This document shows positions 24,505 through 36,730 of a DNA stretch of 49,155 nt, one piece after another (the stretch's first letter is position 1; the number at the start of each line of letters is the position of its first letter). The DNA is from Nemertoderma westbladi (lineage: Eukaryota; Animalia; Xenacoelomorpha). Both the position numbers and the translations under genes were made by a program. The notes below the pieces were generated by a model that was not told the origin of the DNA, did not search any database, and was given only the letters and a program-made list of their open reading frames with translations. Location of the stretch: the NCBI GenBank assembly GCA_032718475.1, contig JAUCBJ010007573.1, positions 1-49,155 on the forward strand, read 5' to 3'.

Positions 24505-24790
24505 GAATGTTGCTTTCGCCGTGAGGACCAGTCTGTGCACAATTTTATGCTTTGAAAGTCCATGACTTTCTTAAGACACCTCCTAAAAGATGCGGATAAT
24601 CTCGTGAAAGTCATGGGGAGAGGGAATTTTGGCGGTGCAATTAATGAAGATAATCCGGCATAGCATTATTAATGCATGCTGCTTCACAGCATGCCCATCA
24701 TAGATTACATGGGGGTGGCACAATTTGTTTGTTAATTAAAGCCATCATAGTATCTCAATGCGCAGCTGTAATGCAGCAGGCCGATTATAG
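24505..24790 (+). mobile_element. Third RTE 3'-end fragment
   Basis: Matches 20844-21050 and the 3' UTR of the copy at 21283-21812. Confidence 0.75.
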
Positions 24791-25571
24791 ATACCAACCA
24801 GCTGCAGTCGAAATATATTACATTATTAATTTAATTTAATAATTATATATTTCATTGTTAAAATTTGCATTATTTGTTACCAACGTAAATGGGGATTATT
24901 GCTCTTCAACTTCTCTCTGGACTCTCTCTTATTGCTCTTCAACTCTTATTGCTCTTCAGCTCTTCACTTTGTACTGTAATTAATACTATTCTTCGGCATT
25001 TTATTTATTTAATGAGTAGCTACGGCTAGTAAAATAATCAAGTACGGTACTTAATTAATAATCTTCAAATAAATAATATGTGCCAGAATATTGTGTTTTT
25101 ATTAAATGTAATAAATGGGCTGTCCTGCAGGCTGTAAATACCTGCACTTTTTGAAGGCCAATATATCAGATATTTCTCAACGACATTAATACAGTAGTTA
25201 TTTACAAATTGGGAATCCTTTCAATGACACCTTTCCATTGGTATCAACAAAATGGACATCCGAAGAAATCTAGATATTTTCTATATCTATCACTTTAGTA
25301 GTACCTACAGATGAAGTATAGGCAGATAGACGTAATTGCGGAATTGTCATATACATAAGTCTGCAATTCTGTCAGCCATTCTGCCAGTTATGAGTGCCCG
25401 GTAGTCGGATGCTCGAATGTCATGTCAGATATATAGTTACATTAATAATCCCAGATCGTGTCATATATGTTATTCTGATCACCACAGCCTTATTACCGGT
25501 ACAGCATTGGTTTGATCGGATTATTATTTTAGCTGATTGCAGTCTGGCAGTGCCGGTGCTTATTGCTAGTA

Positions 25572-25682
25572 ATGATGGTATCAGGTGTCATTGTTATCGT
25601 TGTAGTTTGTCTACTTAATGGAGTTGTCAGCCCACCAGTAAAGGAGCAGGAGCCGGAATATAGACCAGATATAGAAAACGAG
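25572..25682 (+). CDS. NUCB: Nucleobindin, putative first coding exon (signal peptide)
   Basis: MMVSGVIVIVVVCLLNGVVSPPVKEQEPEYRPDIENE, a hydrophobic leader. GT at 25683 in phase 0 matches the next exon. Possible acceptor at 25532. Confidence 0.65.
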
Positions 25683-26095
25683 GTTGGCTTCATTTTGTAT
25701 AGTCCTACTTTAGTACTTTAAAATATTACATGAAATTTGTAATTAGAAAACCAGCTACCGGTAGGCCTACCGGTAACAACTGAACAATCCAGTCACTTTT
25801 TATCAAGGAAGTGCAGAAGTGTGATCCACCCCACTGCAATCAGGCAATGCAGCAATGGCTTGTTTCCATGTTAAAACAAAGTTGTATCATGCCAGTTGTA
25901 ACATACCGGTATTACTGTATTTAAGCCTATGGCAGTAGGCCCTATGGATGCACAAAAACAACACTCTTTTCAGCTTTTCTCTTTTTGCGATTGGACCTTT
26001 CGGGAATATTGAACCCGAACTGTACCTACCGACATGTCTGTACGGTAACCAATAACTGTATAATGTGTTGTACCGGTATGCATTTTATTATTTAG

Positions 26096-26203
26096 TTAAC
26101 CAAATTGAGTTACGAAAAATATTTGAAAGAAGTTGTCACCTTACTAGAAAAGGACCCAGTTGTGAAGAAAAAGTTAGAAGAAGCAGATATAACAGATGTT
26201 AGG
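26096..26203 (+). CDS. NUCB: Nucleobindin exon (108 bp)
   Basis: AG/GTAAGT bounded. LTKLSYEKYLKEVVTLLEKDPVVKKKLEEADITDVR resembles NUCB YYDEYLKQVIDVLETD..EKLQKADIEEIK. Confidence 0.9.
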
Positions 26204-26718
26204 GTAAGTCTTATATAAAGGATTTATAAAGTATATATACAGGTTGTTAACAACTGACAACTGTCGCACACGCACATACCAATAGGCCTACAATTAATAA
26301 CCGCCTGTGTATAAGTTTAGAGCTTTAATAAAAAACATTGTATTTATGTTAATTTTGGTTCATCGACTTGATGGTATTTTAAGCTGGCTTTCCTCTAATA
26401 GTTTTTGATCGAAGAGCTGAGTCATTGATTAGTTAGTGGTTATTATTAATGGAGATCTTATATCAGTAGGGGGGGTAAGTTGGGCTCTGGCTAGGTTTAT
26501 GTTTTGCAAAAAGAACAAAAAAGTTAATCAATTACAAAATGAAAAGCAACATGTAAACGCCAATTTAAAAAAACAATTCAGAATTCTATAAGTCTAAGTC
26601 TAACCCATTTCAGCCAATTTATATAGTAACATCTAGCAGTGGCATTACGGCACTTTTAATAATATATATATGATTCCAATGGGGATTATATACGTGGGTC
26701 ATGTGTATATCTTTATAG

Positions 26719-26822
26719 AACGGACATATTGGAAACATAGTGAACAGCGTCCCGCAAGATCTGCGCACAGCTCTGGATGAGGTAAAGCGAAAGGAAATGG
26801 AGAGACTTCGGAACATATTGAG
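26719..26822 (+). CDS. NUCB: Nucleobindin exon (104 bp)
   Basis: NGHIGNIVNSVPQDLRTALDEVKRKEMERLRNIL resembles NUCB VRTKLDELKRQEV.RLR. AG/GT bounded. Confidence 0.9.
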
Positions 26823-27213
26823 GTAAAGTGTAACAAGAGTAACCACTGATGTACTATAAATAAACACGACTAGTTGATACATTGTATCTGTCTTTGGGTG
26901 TTGGTCTAATTTACAGTTAATGTTGTAAAATGATTATTTGTCGTTCAAGTATTGATTGTCCCTAAATAACTTGCCACTTAATTTATTATTCTTTGAAACG
27001 CAGTTGTTTCACTTTTAGTTTTAAAATATTGATATAAACTTAAAATATTGACATTCTAGATTCACTTGCATTCCTTGTCCTTTATTTATTTATGTTCCCA
27101 ATGTCCCATGTAAATAATATGTATTAAATTACGGTAGATTCGTATTTCATTGAGACCCAATGTTTACTCTAACTGACTCCTATCCTAATCCAATTTAACA
27201 TTTATGTTTCTAG

Positions 27214-27343
27214 ACAAGCTCAAATCAATAAATCGAAGCTCCCAGGCCCTAATAGTCCTGAGTTTTATGACTTTCTGGGTCATTTGGATCACAACAACCA
27301 AAAAACCTTCGAAATCAAAGATTTGGAGAAACTTGTCCAGAAG
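27214..27343 (+). CDS. NUCB: Nucleobindin exon (130 bp)
   Basis: Phase-compatible. Encodes GHLDHNNQKTFEIKDLEKLVQK and ends at a GTGAGT donor. Confidence 0.9.
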
Positions 27344-28425
27344 GTGAGTATATAGATAACATTATATGATCGTTTATTCCAACCCACCTTGTAGTTATTA
27401 TTATTGTAATTACCCAGGATCGGCCCGAACCCGGTGCTTTGTGTTTAAACGGGATCCCGATCCCGAAAAACCGGGGTCCCGTGGAAAAATGCAATCCCGA
27501 TCCCGACTGTTCTTGACCGGGATCCCGAAGTAAATATGTTAAGTAAATATGTTGAATATCCGATAAATAGTTCCAGCAGAACCGAAATGTTTTGATTATA
27601 TCGATATCGAATTTTTATTTCAGTAAACGATTCAGTAATCAATTGTGAAATAATTTTAATATAACTTTATCTTACTAATATTTCTGAAGTGTAAGATAAG
27701 TGAGTGTTACCCAAAACCCGCCACCAGTGCGGTTATAGAAAACCATCGGGGGGGGCATGAAAATTTTTCAATTTTCCCGCTCAATTTTTCAATTTATCAA
27801 AAAGCGCATATTGTATAAAACTTGCCACAACTATTTGATTAATAATATATTCAATATATTTATTATGATAGATTATTTATTCAAGCTTATAAGATATAAT
27901 ATTATTATTATGATAATTTATTATCGCTCTGCTTGGACGACAACAACACCGCTAATGGCCATTGTTTGTACTGTTTTGTGTAGTTTGTACAAACAATGGG
28001 ACTTCCTAGTAATCTCAACAGCAGCCTAAATAAAGTATGTGGTTGATATTGCCCTGGCTTTGGATTTCCGGCCTGGTTTGGGTGGCTTCAAACTGTAACT
28101 ATGGAGTTTAATATTACCTCAACATTAACTTTTAGGTATTTAATCCAAAATAATTGCAATCCCGAAAAGTTCAAGTAACAGTATTCTTTTAGTATTATTG
28201 TACCGTATTCTCCCGTATTGAAAAATAAAACGACATGTTCGATTTAAATAAGTACTTTCTCTTTCAGGCTCTCGTTTCATATTTCACTCACTCGCTTACG
28301 CTCGTTCGTGGATTATTCACACTCAAGCTGGCGTAAAATACAGTGCTATTTATTAAAATCGGATACCTTTAGATATAATTGCTTAGCCTTTGACTACTTG
28401 TTGGCTATTAACTAATTTCGTACAC

Positions 28426-28678
28426 TACATGCCCCCATCCTCTCAATTTTAATATTTGTAGTGCTCCAATACTGTTATAGAATATCTCCCCCCCCCCCCC
28501 CAGGTTATATACAAACTATTCCCACAATTTCCGTAAACTCGCAAATAAGCAATTATTTTTTTTAAACCAAATAACAATATCACTTTTTTTATTTCCTTTC
28601 TTTTGTTTTTGGGGGTTAATTTTAATCCAATGTGTGTTACTCTTACTTTTACGTATTAATAGAAGAAGGCTTAGTTTA
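28426..28678 (+). repeat. 253-bp direct repeat, left copy flanking the RTE
   Basis: Near-identical to 30004-30256. Confidence 0.9.
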
Positions 28679-28711
28679 TGCGTATTATTATATCTGCTAT
28701 ATTATGCTTAT

Positions 28712-30003
28712 AGCCTCTCCCCAAGAAAGGAGACCTCGGTATACCAACGAACTATCATGGGATCTGTCTGCTTGTGGTAGCTGCCAAAATATACAATAAA
28801 ATGATTCTATATAGGATTAGGCCTCACATAGAGAAACTACTGCGTAAGAGCCAAAACGGATTTCGACCAAGTAGATCAACAATAGCTCAGATACTTGCAC
28901 TGCTGAGACTGATTGAAGGAATTAAGTCAAAGAATCTCCCCGCAGTCATGACTTTTGTGGACTTCAGGAAGGCATTCGACTCCATCCATGGAGGTAAAAG
29001 GCTTGAAATCCTAAGAGCTTATGGAATACCAGAAGTAATTGTTGCTGGCATTGGATTGTTATATTGTGACACAGAAGCACAGGTACTCTCACCAGATGGT
29101 GAAACTGGGTTTTTCTCAATCCTGGCTGGCGTACTGCAAGGTGACACATTAGCACCATTACTATTTGTAATTGTGCTGGATTACGCAATGAGGACGGCCA
29201 CAAAGGGTGAAGATCTGGGATTCACACTTCAAGAACGCAGAAGTAGTAGATATCCGGCAATTACAGTCACAGACACCGACTTTGCGGATGACATCGCCCT
29301 GCTCTCTAATACGCTAGCAGATGCACAGCTTCTACTAAATAAAGTGGAGAGGGCTGCTAAGGAGGTTGGATTGCATATAAATGCTACAAAGACCGAATTC
29401 ATGACTTTTAATGTTGATGGAAACTTGACAACCATTGATAATAATCAACTAAGGAACGTCGACGACTTCCAGTACCTTGGATCATGGATAGAGAGTAGCA
29501 AAAAGGACATAGAAGTTAGAATGGATACCATCTGGAAATCAGATCTCTCCAGGCACCTGAAGACTAAGTTCTTTCGAGCCACAGTGGAAAGTGTATTTTT
29601 ATACGGGGGTGAGACCTGGACACTGACTAAATCACTTGAACAACGAATTGATGGTTGCTACACAAGACTACTAAGGGCAGCCCTAAACATCAGCTGGAGA
29701 CAACACATGACAAACGCCGAGCTTTATGGTACAATACCACCTGTATCAACCACCCTCCGTGAACGCAGATTAAGATTCAGTGGGCACTGCTGGCGAAGTA
29801 AAGACGAGGTCATACCAGATCTACTTCTCTGGCAACCAACTCATGGAAAGCGTAGTCGTGGACGACCGGCCATAACATATATAGATCAACTTGAAAGGGA
29901 TACTGAACTTGAGAGAAACGAAATTGCGACAACTATGGAGAATCGGGAAGCCTGGAAGGATCCCATTTCCACTGTCCGAGTTCGCTCGACCTAGTAGTAG
30001 TAG
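28712..30003 (+). mobile_element. 5'-truncated RTE-clade LINE (RT ORF 28774-29994) in a NUCB intron
   Basis: PLPKKGDL, QNGFRPSRST, FVDFRKAFDS, GVLQGDTLAP, DFADDIAL and RLRFSGHCWR..GRP, with a (TAG)n tail overlapping the stop codon. Confidence 0.93.
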
Positions 30004-30256
30004 TACACGCCCCCATCCTCTCAATTTTAATATTTGTAGTGCTCCAATACTGTTATAGAATATCTCCCCCCCCCCCCCCCAGGTTATATACAAACTATTC
30101 CCACAATTTCCGTAAACTCGCAAATAAGCAACTATTTTTTTAAACCAAATAACAATATCACTTTTTTTATTTCCTTTCTTTTGTTTTTGGGGGTACATTT
30201 TAATCCAATGTTTGTTACTCTTACTTTTACGTATTAATAGAAGAAGGCTTAGTTTA
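30004..30256 (+). repeat. 253-bp direct repeat, right copy flanking the RTE
   Basis: Begins immediately after the (TAG)n tail. Confidence 0.9.
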
Positions 30257-30442
30257 GGAAGAAATCCCGTGGGTTTTTATTCCGGCTTCTTCCAAAAACG
30301 CCTAATAAACGTGATATACCAAAAGTATATTTCTGAAACGATTCAATCAATTGGATTTACGGCAACGGTTTTATTGACTATCATAATAGTTTCTGCTGTA
30401 AGTATTATTCTCCTTAAAAAAGGTTGATTTTCCTCGGTATAG

Positions 30443-30778
30443 GTTCACTTTGATATGAAGGAGTTGGACAAACAACGACGTTCAGATTTCAAGAAATATG
30501 AAATGGAGAAAGAGATTCGTCTGAGAGAACAAATGAAAAAATTAAATGAAACCGATAGAATTCGCTTGGAAGAAGAGCATAGAGAGCAAATAGCGAGACA
30601 CAAAGAGCATCCGAAGATGAAACACCCTGGAAGTAAACCGCAGTTAGAGGAAGTTTGGGAGGAGAGTGATCATTTAGAAAAGGACGATTTTAATCCTAAA
30701 ACATTTTTCGCTCTTCACGATATGAATGGCGATGAGATGTGGGACACGTTCGAACTAGAGGCACTTTTTGAGAAACAG
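30443..30778 (+). CDS. NUCB: Nucleobindin exon (336 bp) including EF-hand 1
   Basis: [71 protein letters not shown] bounded. Confidence 0.95.
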
Positions 30779-31078
30779 GTGAGTTGTGAGACACTTTTAG
30801 TTTCTTGTTTTCGATCTATTGCTCTCCCACAATACATTGATATCACAATTTAATAACGAAATTAGATTAAAGAGATGTTTTATTTTTAGTTAAACATTAT
30901 AATTATTTATTTATTATTATTAATTATTGACTATGAAATTGACTGCGGCTCAAATAGATTGATCTTCAGGTTGGTTTTCATTATCAAAGTCACTGATTTT
31001 CATTCAACATAACGAAAGTCGGTCAAGAAACGCAGTAAAACTTACGAAGTAAATTGTCCAATGTGGCGTCACGTCAGA

Positions 31079-32625
31079 TCCCCCTTGCCCCTTTCAACTG
31101 ATCTCCCTCGCCCCCTTCCAACTGATCCCCCTCGCCCCTTTCAACTGATCTCCCTCGCCCCCTTCCAACTGATCCCCCTCGCCCCTTTCAACTGATCCCC
31201 CTCACCCCCTTTCAACTGATCCCCCCTCGCCCCCTTTCAAATGATCCCCCCTCGTCCTCTTCAACTGATCCCCCCTCGCTCCCTTTCAAATGATCCCCCC
31301 TCACCCCCTTTCAACTGATCCCCCCTCGCCCCCTTTCAAATGATCCCCCCTCGTCCTCTTCAACTGATCCCCCCTCGCCCCCTTTCAACTGATCCCCCCT
31401 CACCCCCTTTCAACTGATCCCCCTTCGCCCCTTTCAACTGATCCCCCCTCGCCCCCGTTCAGCTGATCCCCCCTCGCCCCCTTTCAACTGATCCCCCCTC
31501 ACCCCCTTCAACAGGACCCCCCTCGCCCCCTTTCAGCTGATCCCCCCTCGCCCCCGTTCAACTGACCCCCCCCTCGCCCCCTTTCAACTGATCCCCCCTT
31601 GCCCCCTTTCAGCTGATCCCCATCGCCCCCTTTCAACTGATCCCCCTTCAACAGGTCCCCTCGCCCCCTTTTAACTGATCCCCCTCACCCCCTTCAACAG
31701 GTCCCCCTCGCCCCCTTTCAACTGATCCCCCCTCACCCCCTTTCAACTGATCCCCCCTCGCCCCATTTCAAATGATCCCCCCTCGTCCTCTTCAACTGAT
31801 CCCCCCTCGCTCCCTTTCAAATGATCCTCCCTCACCCCCTTTCAACTGATCCCCCCTCGCCCCTTTCAAATGATCCCCCCTCGTCCTCTTCAACTGATCC
31901 CCCCTCGCCCCCTTTCAACTGATCCCCCCTCACCCCCTTTCAACTGATCCCCCCTCGCCCCCTTTCAAATGATCCCCCCTCGTCCTCTTCAACTGATCCC
32001 CCCTCGCCCCCTTTCAAATGATCCCCCCTCGCCCCCTTCAACTGATCCCCCTCCCCCCTTCAACCCCCTCGCCCCCTTTCAAATGATCCCCCCTCGCCCC
32101 CGTCAACTGACCCCCCCCCTCGCCCCCTTTCAACTGATCCCCCCCTTGCCCCCTTTCAGCTGATCCCCATCGCCCCCTTTCAACTGATCCCCCTTCAACA
32201 GGTCCCCTCGCCCCCTTTCAACTGATCCCCCTCACCCCCTTCAACAGGTCACCCTCGCCCCCTTTCAACTGATCCCCCCTCACCCCCTTTCAACTGATCC
32301 CCCCTCGCCCCCTTTCAAATGATCCCCCCTCGTCCTCTTCAACTGATCCCCCCTCGCTCCCTTTCAAATGATCCCCCCTCACCCCCTTTCAACTGATCCC
32401 CCCTCGCCCCCTTTCAAATGATCCCCCCTCGTCCTCTTCAACTGATCCCCCCTCGCCCCCTTTCAACTGATCCCCCCTCACCCCCTTTCAACTGATCCCC
32501 CCTCGCCCCCTTTCAAATGATCCCCCCTCGTCCTCTTCAACTGATCCCCCCTCGCTCCCTTTCAAATGATCCCCCTCGCCCCCTTCAACAGGTCCCCCTC
32601 GCCCCCTTTCAATCGATACCCCCTC
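31079..32625. repeat. C-rich minisatellite, about 25-bp unit, about 60 copies
   Basis: Consensus AACTGATCCCCCCTCGCCCCCTTTC with variant units recurring in higher-order blocks. Confidence 0.95.
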
Positions 32626-33777
32626 GGCCTTGTTAGCCCTTTTTAATTGTCGTTTAGTCGCATCGACCGGTACAATAACTCTATAATCATAGCTATAGCC
32701 ACAGCCACTGCCGGCATCAGTCGACTTCGGTTAATGAGGGATGTTTCTATGTTGTAACTATTAATTAGACTGTCAATTATTTCTCTTTTTTTTATTGTTA
32801 TTTTAATGCAATATCTGTTGTGTAATTCTTTTTTTTGCAAATAACTGTTTATGTATTTAGTTCTGCAATAAATAATATTAGTTTGTTTTTTCAGGCTTCA
32901 GTCATTTTAATGCCGAATTTATTGATTTTAATTATGAGGTTAATGAAAATTAGGTAACAGTTCCGCCCGTCCCCCCATATTCAGATTTATTTACTAGCTA
33001 TTTTTAAGCTGTTTTTTTTTACATCTATTAACGTTCTAGAACATTTTCCGCGGCAAAAAAAAATTATTTTTTTTTATGGAAGCTATCAGTATTTTTAGTC
33101 TAGCTACACCTTTTCAACATATGTTGAAATTGAAATGTATTTGTTTAAATACAAATGGTATATTCTGAAATCGAAATAGATTTATTGAAATCAAATTGTA
33201 ACATTTTGAAATCAAAATAAAAAAACTGAAACCCAAATAGACCTTTCTGAAATCAATATGATGTTTTATGAAATACAATGTGTCATTTCGATTTTATAAA
33301 TTACATTTCGAATTCAGAATGCGTCATTTGGATTTTAAAATTATCATTTCGATTTCAGAATGCGCCGTTTGGATTTCAAAAATTACATTACAATTTCAGA
33401 TAAGGAAAGAATAATTTTGAAATATATCAAATGGATTTTAGAAAATTAAATTTCGATTTCGGTAAATTCAATGTAGATTTCAGAAATGACGAATTCGATT
33501 TTATGAAAGTCTATAAAACCTTCCGTTTGATTTTCAGAATATTTTAATTGATTTTAAATTTTACATTTGAATTTCAGATTTTTCATTTGGAGTTCAGATA
33601 TTCCATTCGAATTTCCGATTTTCCATTTGAATTTCAAAATGAATAAGGCAATGTAGCAGGCCTACCAACATCTGTACAATAATGGCAACAACCAACAAAT
33701 AATATGTAACTCTATAGAAATTCAAAATTATATTCAAGGCTATACTTTATAAATGGACTAATTGATTAACTTAATTA

Positions 33778-34400
33778 CTGGGCCTCTTGGCTGCGGTGGT
33801 CGGGCCTTCTACTGTAGTGTGGAGCGGGAGGTAACCCTCTCACCGTGTCTGGACCGCGAGGGCCGGGTGGTAGGGGGAGTGCGAGCAGACCTGGTCGCTC
33901 GGGGAGTCTGGGCCAATCAACGGGTGGCGTCGTTTGATATATCGCTAATAAACGCTGACGCCACCTCGTATGCCCAGGCAAACCGTTCGACTGAGTCACT
34001 GCTTGAGGAGCGGTGCAGGCTCAAGAAGCGCCACTACCGCACCGTCTGCGAGGACCGGAGGATGGCCTTCAAACCGTTGGTTGGCACCACTGACGGTGTC
34101 TGGTGCGCTGAGGCCCAGATTTTAATCCGCCACCTCGCCGAGACCCTCGTATCTCGGCGAGATGGCATGCGCGAAAGGGGCCTCGCATGTGTCCTGGGGG
34201 GTGTTCGCCGGCGGTTGCAGTTTGCGCTCCTCCGGTCCAGCTCCCTCTGCCTCCGTGGCGGACGGCGGTCTTGGCGAGGGTTAGGGTTCGGGGATGGGGC
34301 GGGGATCCGTGGGATGGGTTTGGCGGGGAATTATTGAATTCGGGGCGTTATACTTGTACATATCCACATATAATTAAATATAATTAATAAAAAATATAAT
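33778..34400 (+). mobile_element. 3' fragment of a CRE-like non-LTR retrotransposon (restriction-like endonuclease domain)
   Basis: GC-rich island. RADLVARGVW..Q..FD.....DATSY...KKRHY...C..RRMAFKPLV...DG..EA..RLQFALLR...LCLRGGR, followed by an AT-rich tail. Confidence 0.75.
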
Positions 34401-36730
34401 TATTGTTGCTGGTATATTATCTATATGGCATATCAAATGGTCTATTGTATCGCTAATAGATTATTACTTTGGCCTTCAGATTTTCCATTTGAATTACAGA
34501 TTTCACTTTGTATTTCAGATTTTCCATTTGTATTTCAGATTTTCCATTTGTATTTCAGATTTTCCATTTGTATTTAAAATTTTCCATTTGAATTTCAGAT
34601 TCCCATTTGTATTTATAATTTTCCATTTGAATTTCAGATTTTCCATTGGAATTTAGGATTTTTTATTAAATACAGTAGTAGGTCTATATCTTTGCCTTAG
34701 GCCTATGTATTTTAACTAACTGAGGAAATACTTTCATTTTACAAAGATTACGGAATACTAATTACTGATGCCAGACCTGTATCAGTAATTTGATAGTGAT
34801 AATGTATATAATATTACTGTACGTGAACTGGTAGGCTATAGAAGGTAGAGCCTAATATAATACCCGGTACCTTTGCATTTATCTTGCACTGCCTGACTGC
34901 TGAAAGTTCTGAAACTACATGTTCCCGGTAGGGGTACCTGTATCCATCCATGCTACAGAGTTGGACTGATTCAGGATTGCTGAACCGAGATCAGGAGATA
35001 GCGAGATGTGTATGGCTACGAGTTCGAATTACTCGGTCGTATTGCGGTCTTGTAGGCCTAGGCCTAATACCAGTATATATTCATTCATAGTAGACATTTC
35101 AATTTGGCGATAAACCAGTAAATGAATATATTCATTCATAGTAGACAGGCCGTGCCGTAGACGGGTTTGGCTTTAATAATTGATTATGGGACGTCTATGT
35201 ATGATTTGCTTGAAATTATTTCGCGTAGACACTTAACATAAGTTTATGTCACGTGCTGCGCGAAGTCCGAAATTGAAATCGGATTAAAACGGGTAAATAC
35301 GGACTTTTAAACCTTCCCGCTCAAATTGTCTGTCAATATGTAAGAATGTCAGTTTAGGGCCGTCAATAAATCAGCACTCAGTAGACAGAACCAATATTTA
35401 CAACTGTTGAGTTTTCAAATAATATCCGTCAATAAGGATTACCACCACATAACTTAGTTTTTCTGTAAGGGGTTTTTCTTGGTCGGTGATTTCACTTTCT
35501 ATGTCTATTTTTTTTTATTGACGGCATCTAGGCTGTTTGTCTGTCAGTTAGTCCGCCAGTTGTCCGTCCCAATACTATAAATCACACCACACCACCTATC
35601 TAAAACTTTGCGGTTTGGCCGGTCAGCGCTTATAAAATAGCAAAATCCGACGACCCGACCCTCCGACCCCACCCCATCATATAAAATAGAAGTGGACATT
35701 TGGAAATCGAATTGGAAATTCTGAAATCAAATTGGAAATTCTGAAATCAAATTGGAAATTCTGAAATAGAAGTGGAAATTTGGAAATACAGTAGAAATGG
35801 AAATTTTGAAATCGAGTTGGAAATTTTGAAATAGAAATGAAAATTTTGAAATCGAGTTGGAAATTCTGAAACAGAAATGGAAATTCGGAAACTCAATTAG
35901 ACTGTTTCTGAAACTCAAGTACTCAAATATAATATTTTCTGAAATTAAATTATAATTTTCTAAAGTGCAAATGAAATTTTCTGATATTATAAATATATCT
36001 TCCTGAATACATTTAGGAATTTCTGGATTGCAATTGGAATTTTTGAAATCCAATGGGGTAGACGACTCGGAAAATTTTTTTCGAGTTTTCGTTGGTTTCA
36101 TGTGAAAGAGCATGTGAAAAAACCCCAGAGAGCAATTTTACTTCAAAAAAATTAATATTGGCCGAGTTATAGCGATTTTAAAACGCAAAATTAGCAACAT
36201 CGAAAAATCAGGCCGTTTCGGAAAACTGCACGAGTGACGTCAGCCATAACACAGCAACAGTTGTCAAGCGCAGTTGATTGGCTAATATAAAGTATAATAT
36301 TGCAGTATCTAAAATAAAACAAATTTATAAATGTAGCTAAGTATTTATTTGGATGTGTGTGTATTTATGTTGTGTATTTCTTTCTCGTATTTATGTTGTG
36401 TTAAGAATCGATTCTAGGACAGCGGTATGGAGGCGATTATTCTAGAATAATATTTATTTCGCCCATACCTGTACCGTAGAGCTGTAGCTAAAAACAAATA
36501 TAGCTAGCTAAATACTGCCAGGCGTTTCGTTAATCGATTTTTTAATCGTTTTTACAGCGAACAATGCGGGATAGGTAGATTAGCACTAGATGGAAATTAT
36601 TTAGTCTTTTTTTTCTAGTTATTTAACAAGCTGGTAAAAATTCTAGAATTTTAAGGAGCATTTTTTTTCAATAGTAGCTACGCTACAGGGGTACTAGTAA
36701 AAGTTATTATACAGTTACCATCAAGGTGTA

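Noticed and set aside
27414-28370. CGGGATCCCG-rich and CACTCGCTTACGCTCG segments as defined transposons
   Set aside because: They look like transposon-end remnants, but no matching second terminus or TSD could be found.
35727-36113. 128-aa minus-strand ORF
   Set aside because: Crosses the TIR and AT-rich repeat junction and is low complexity.
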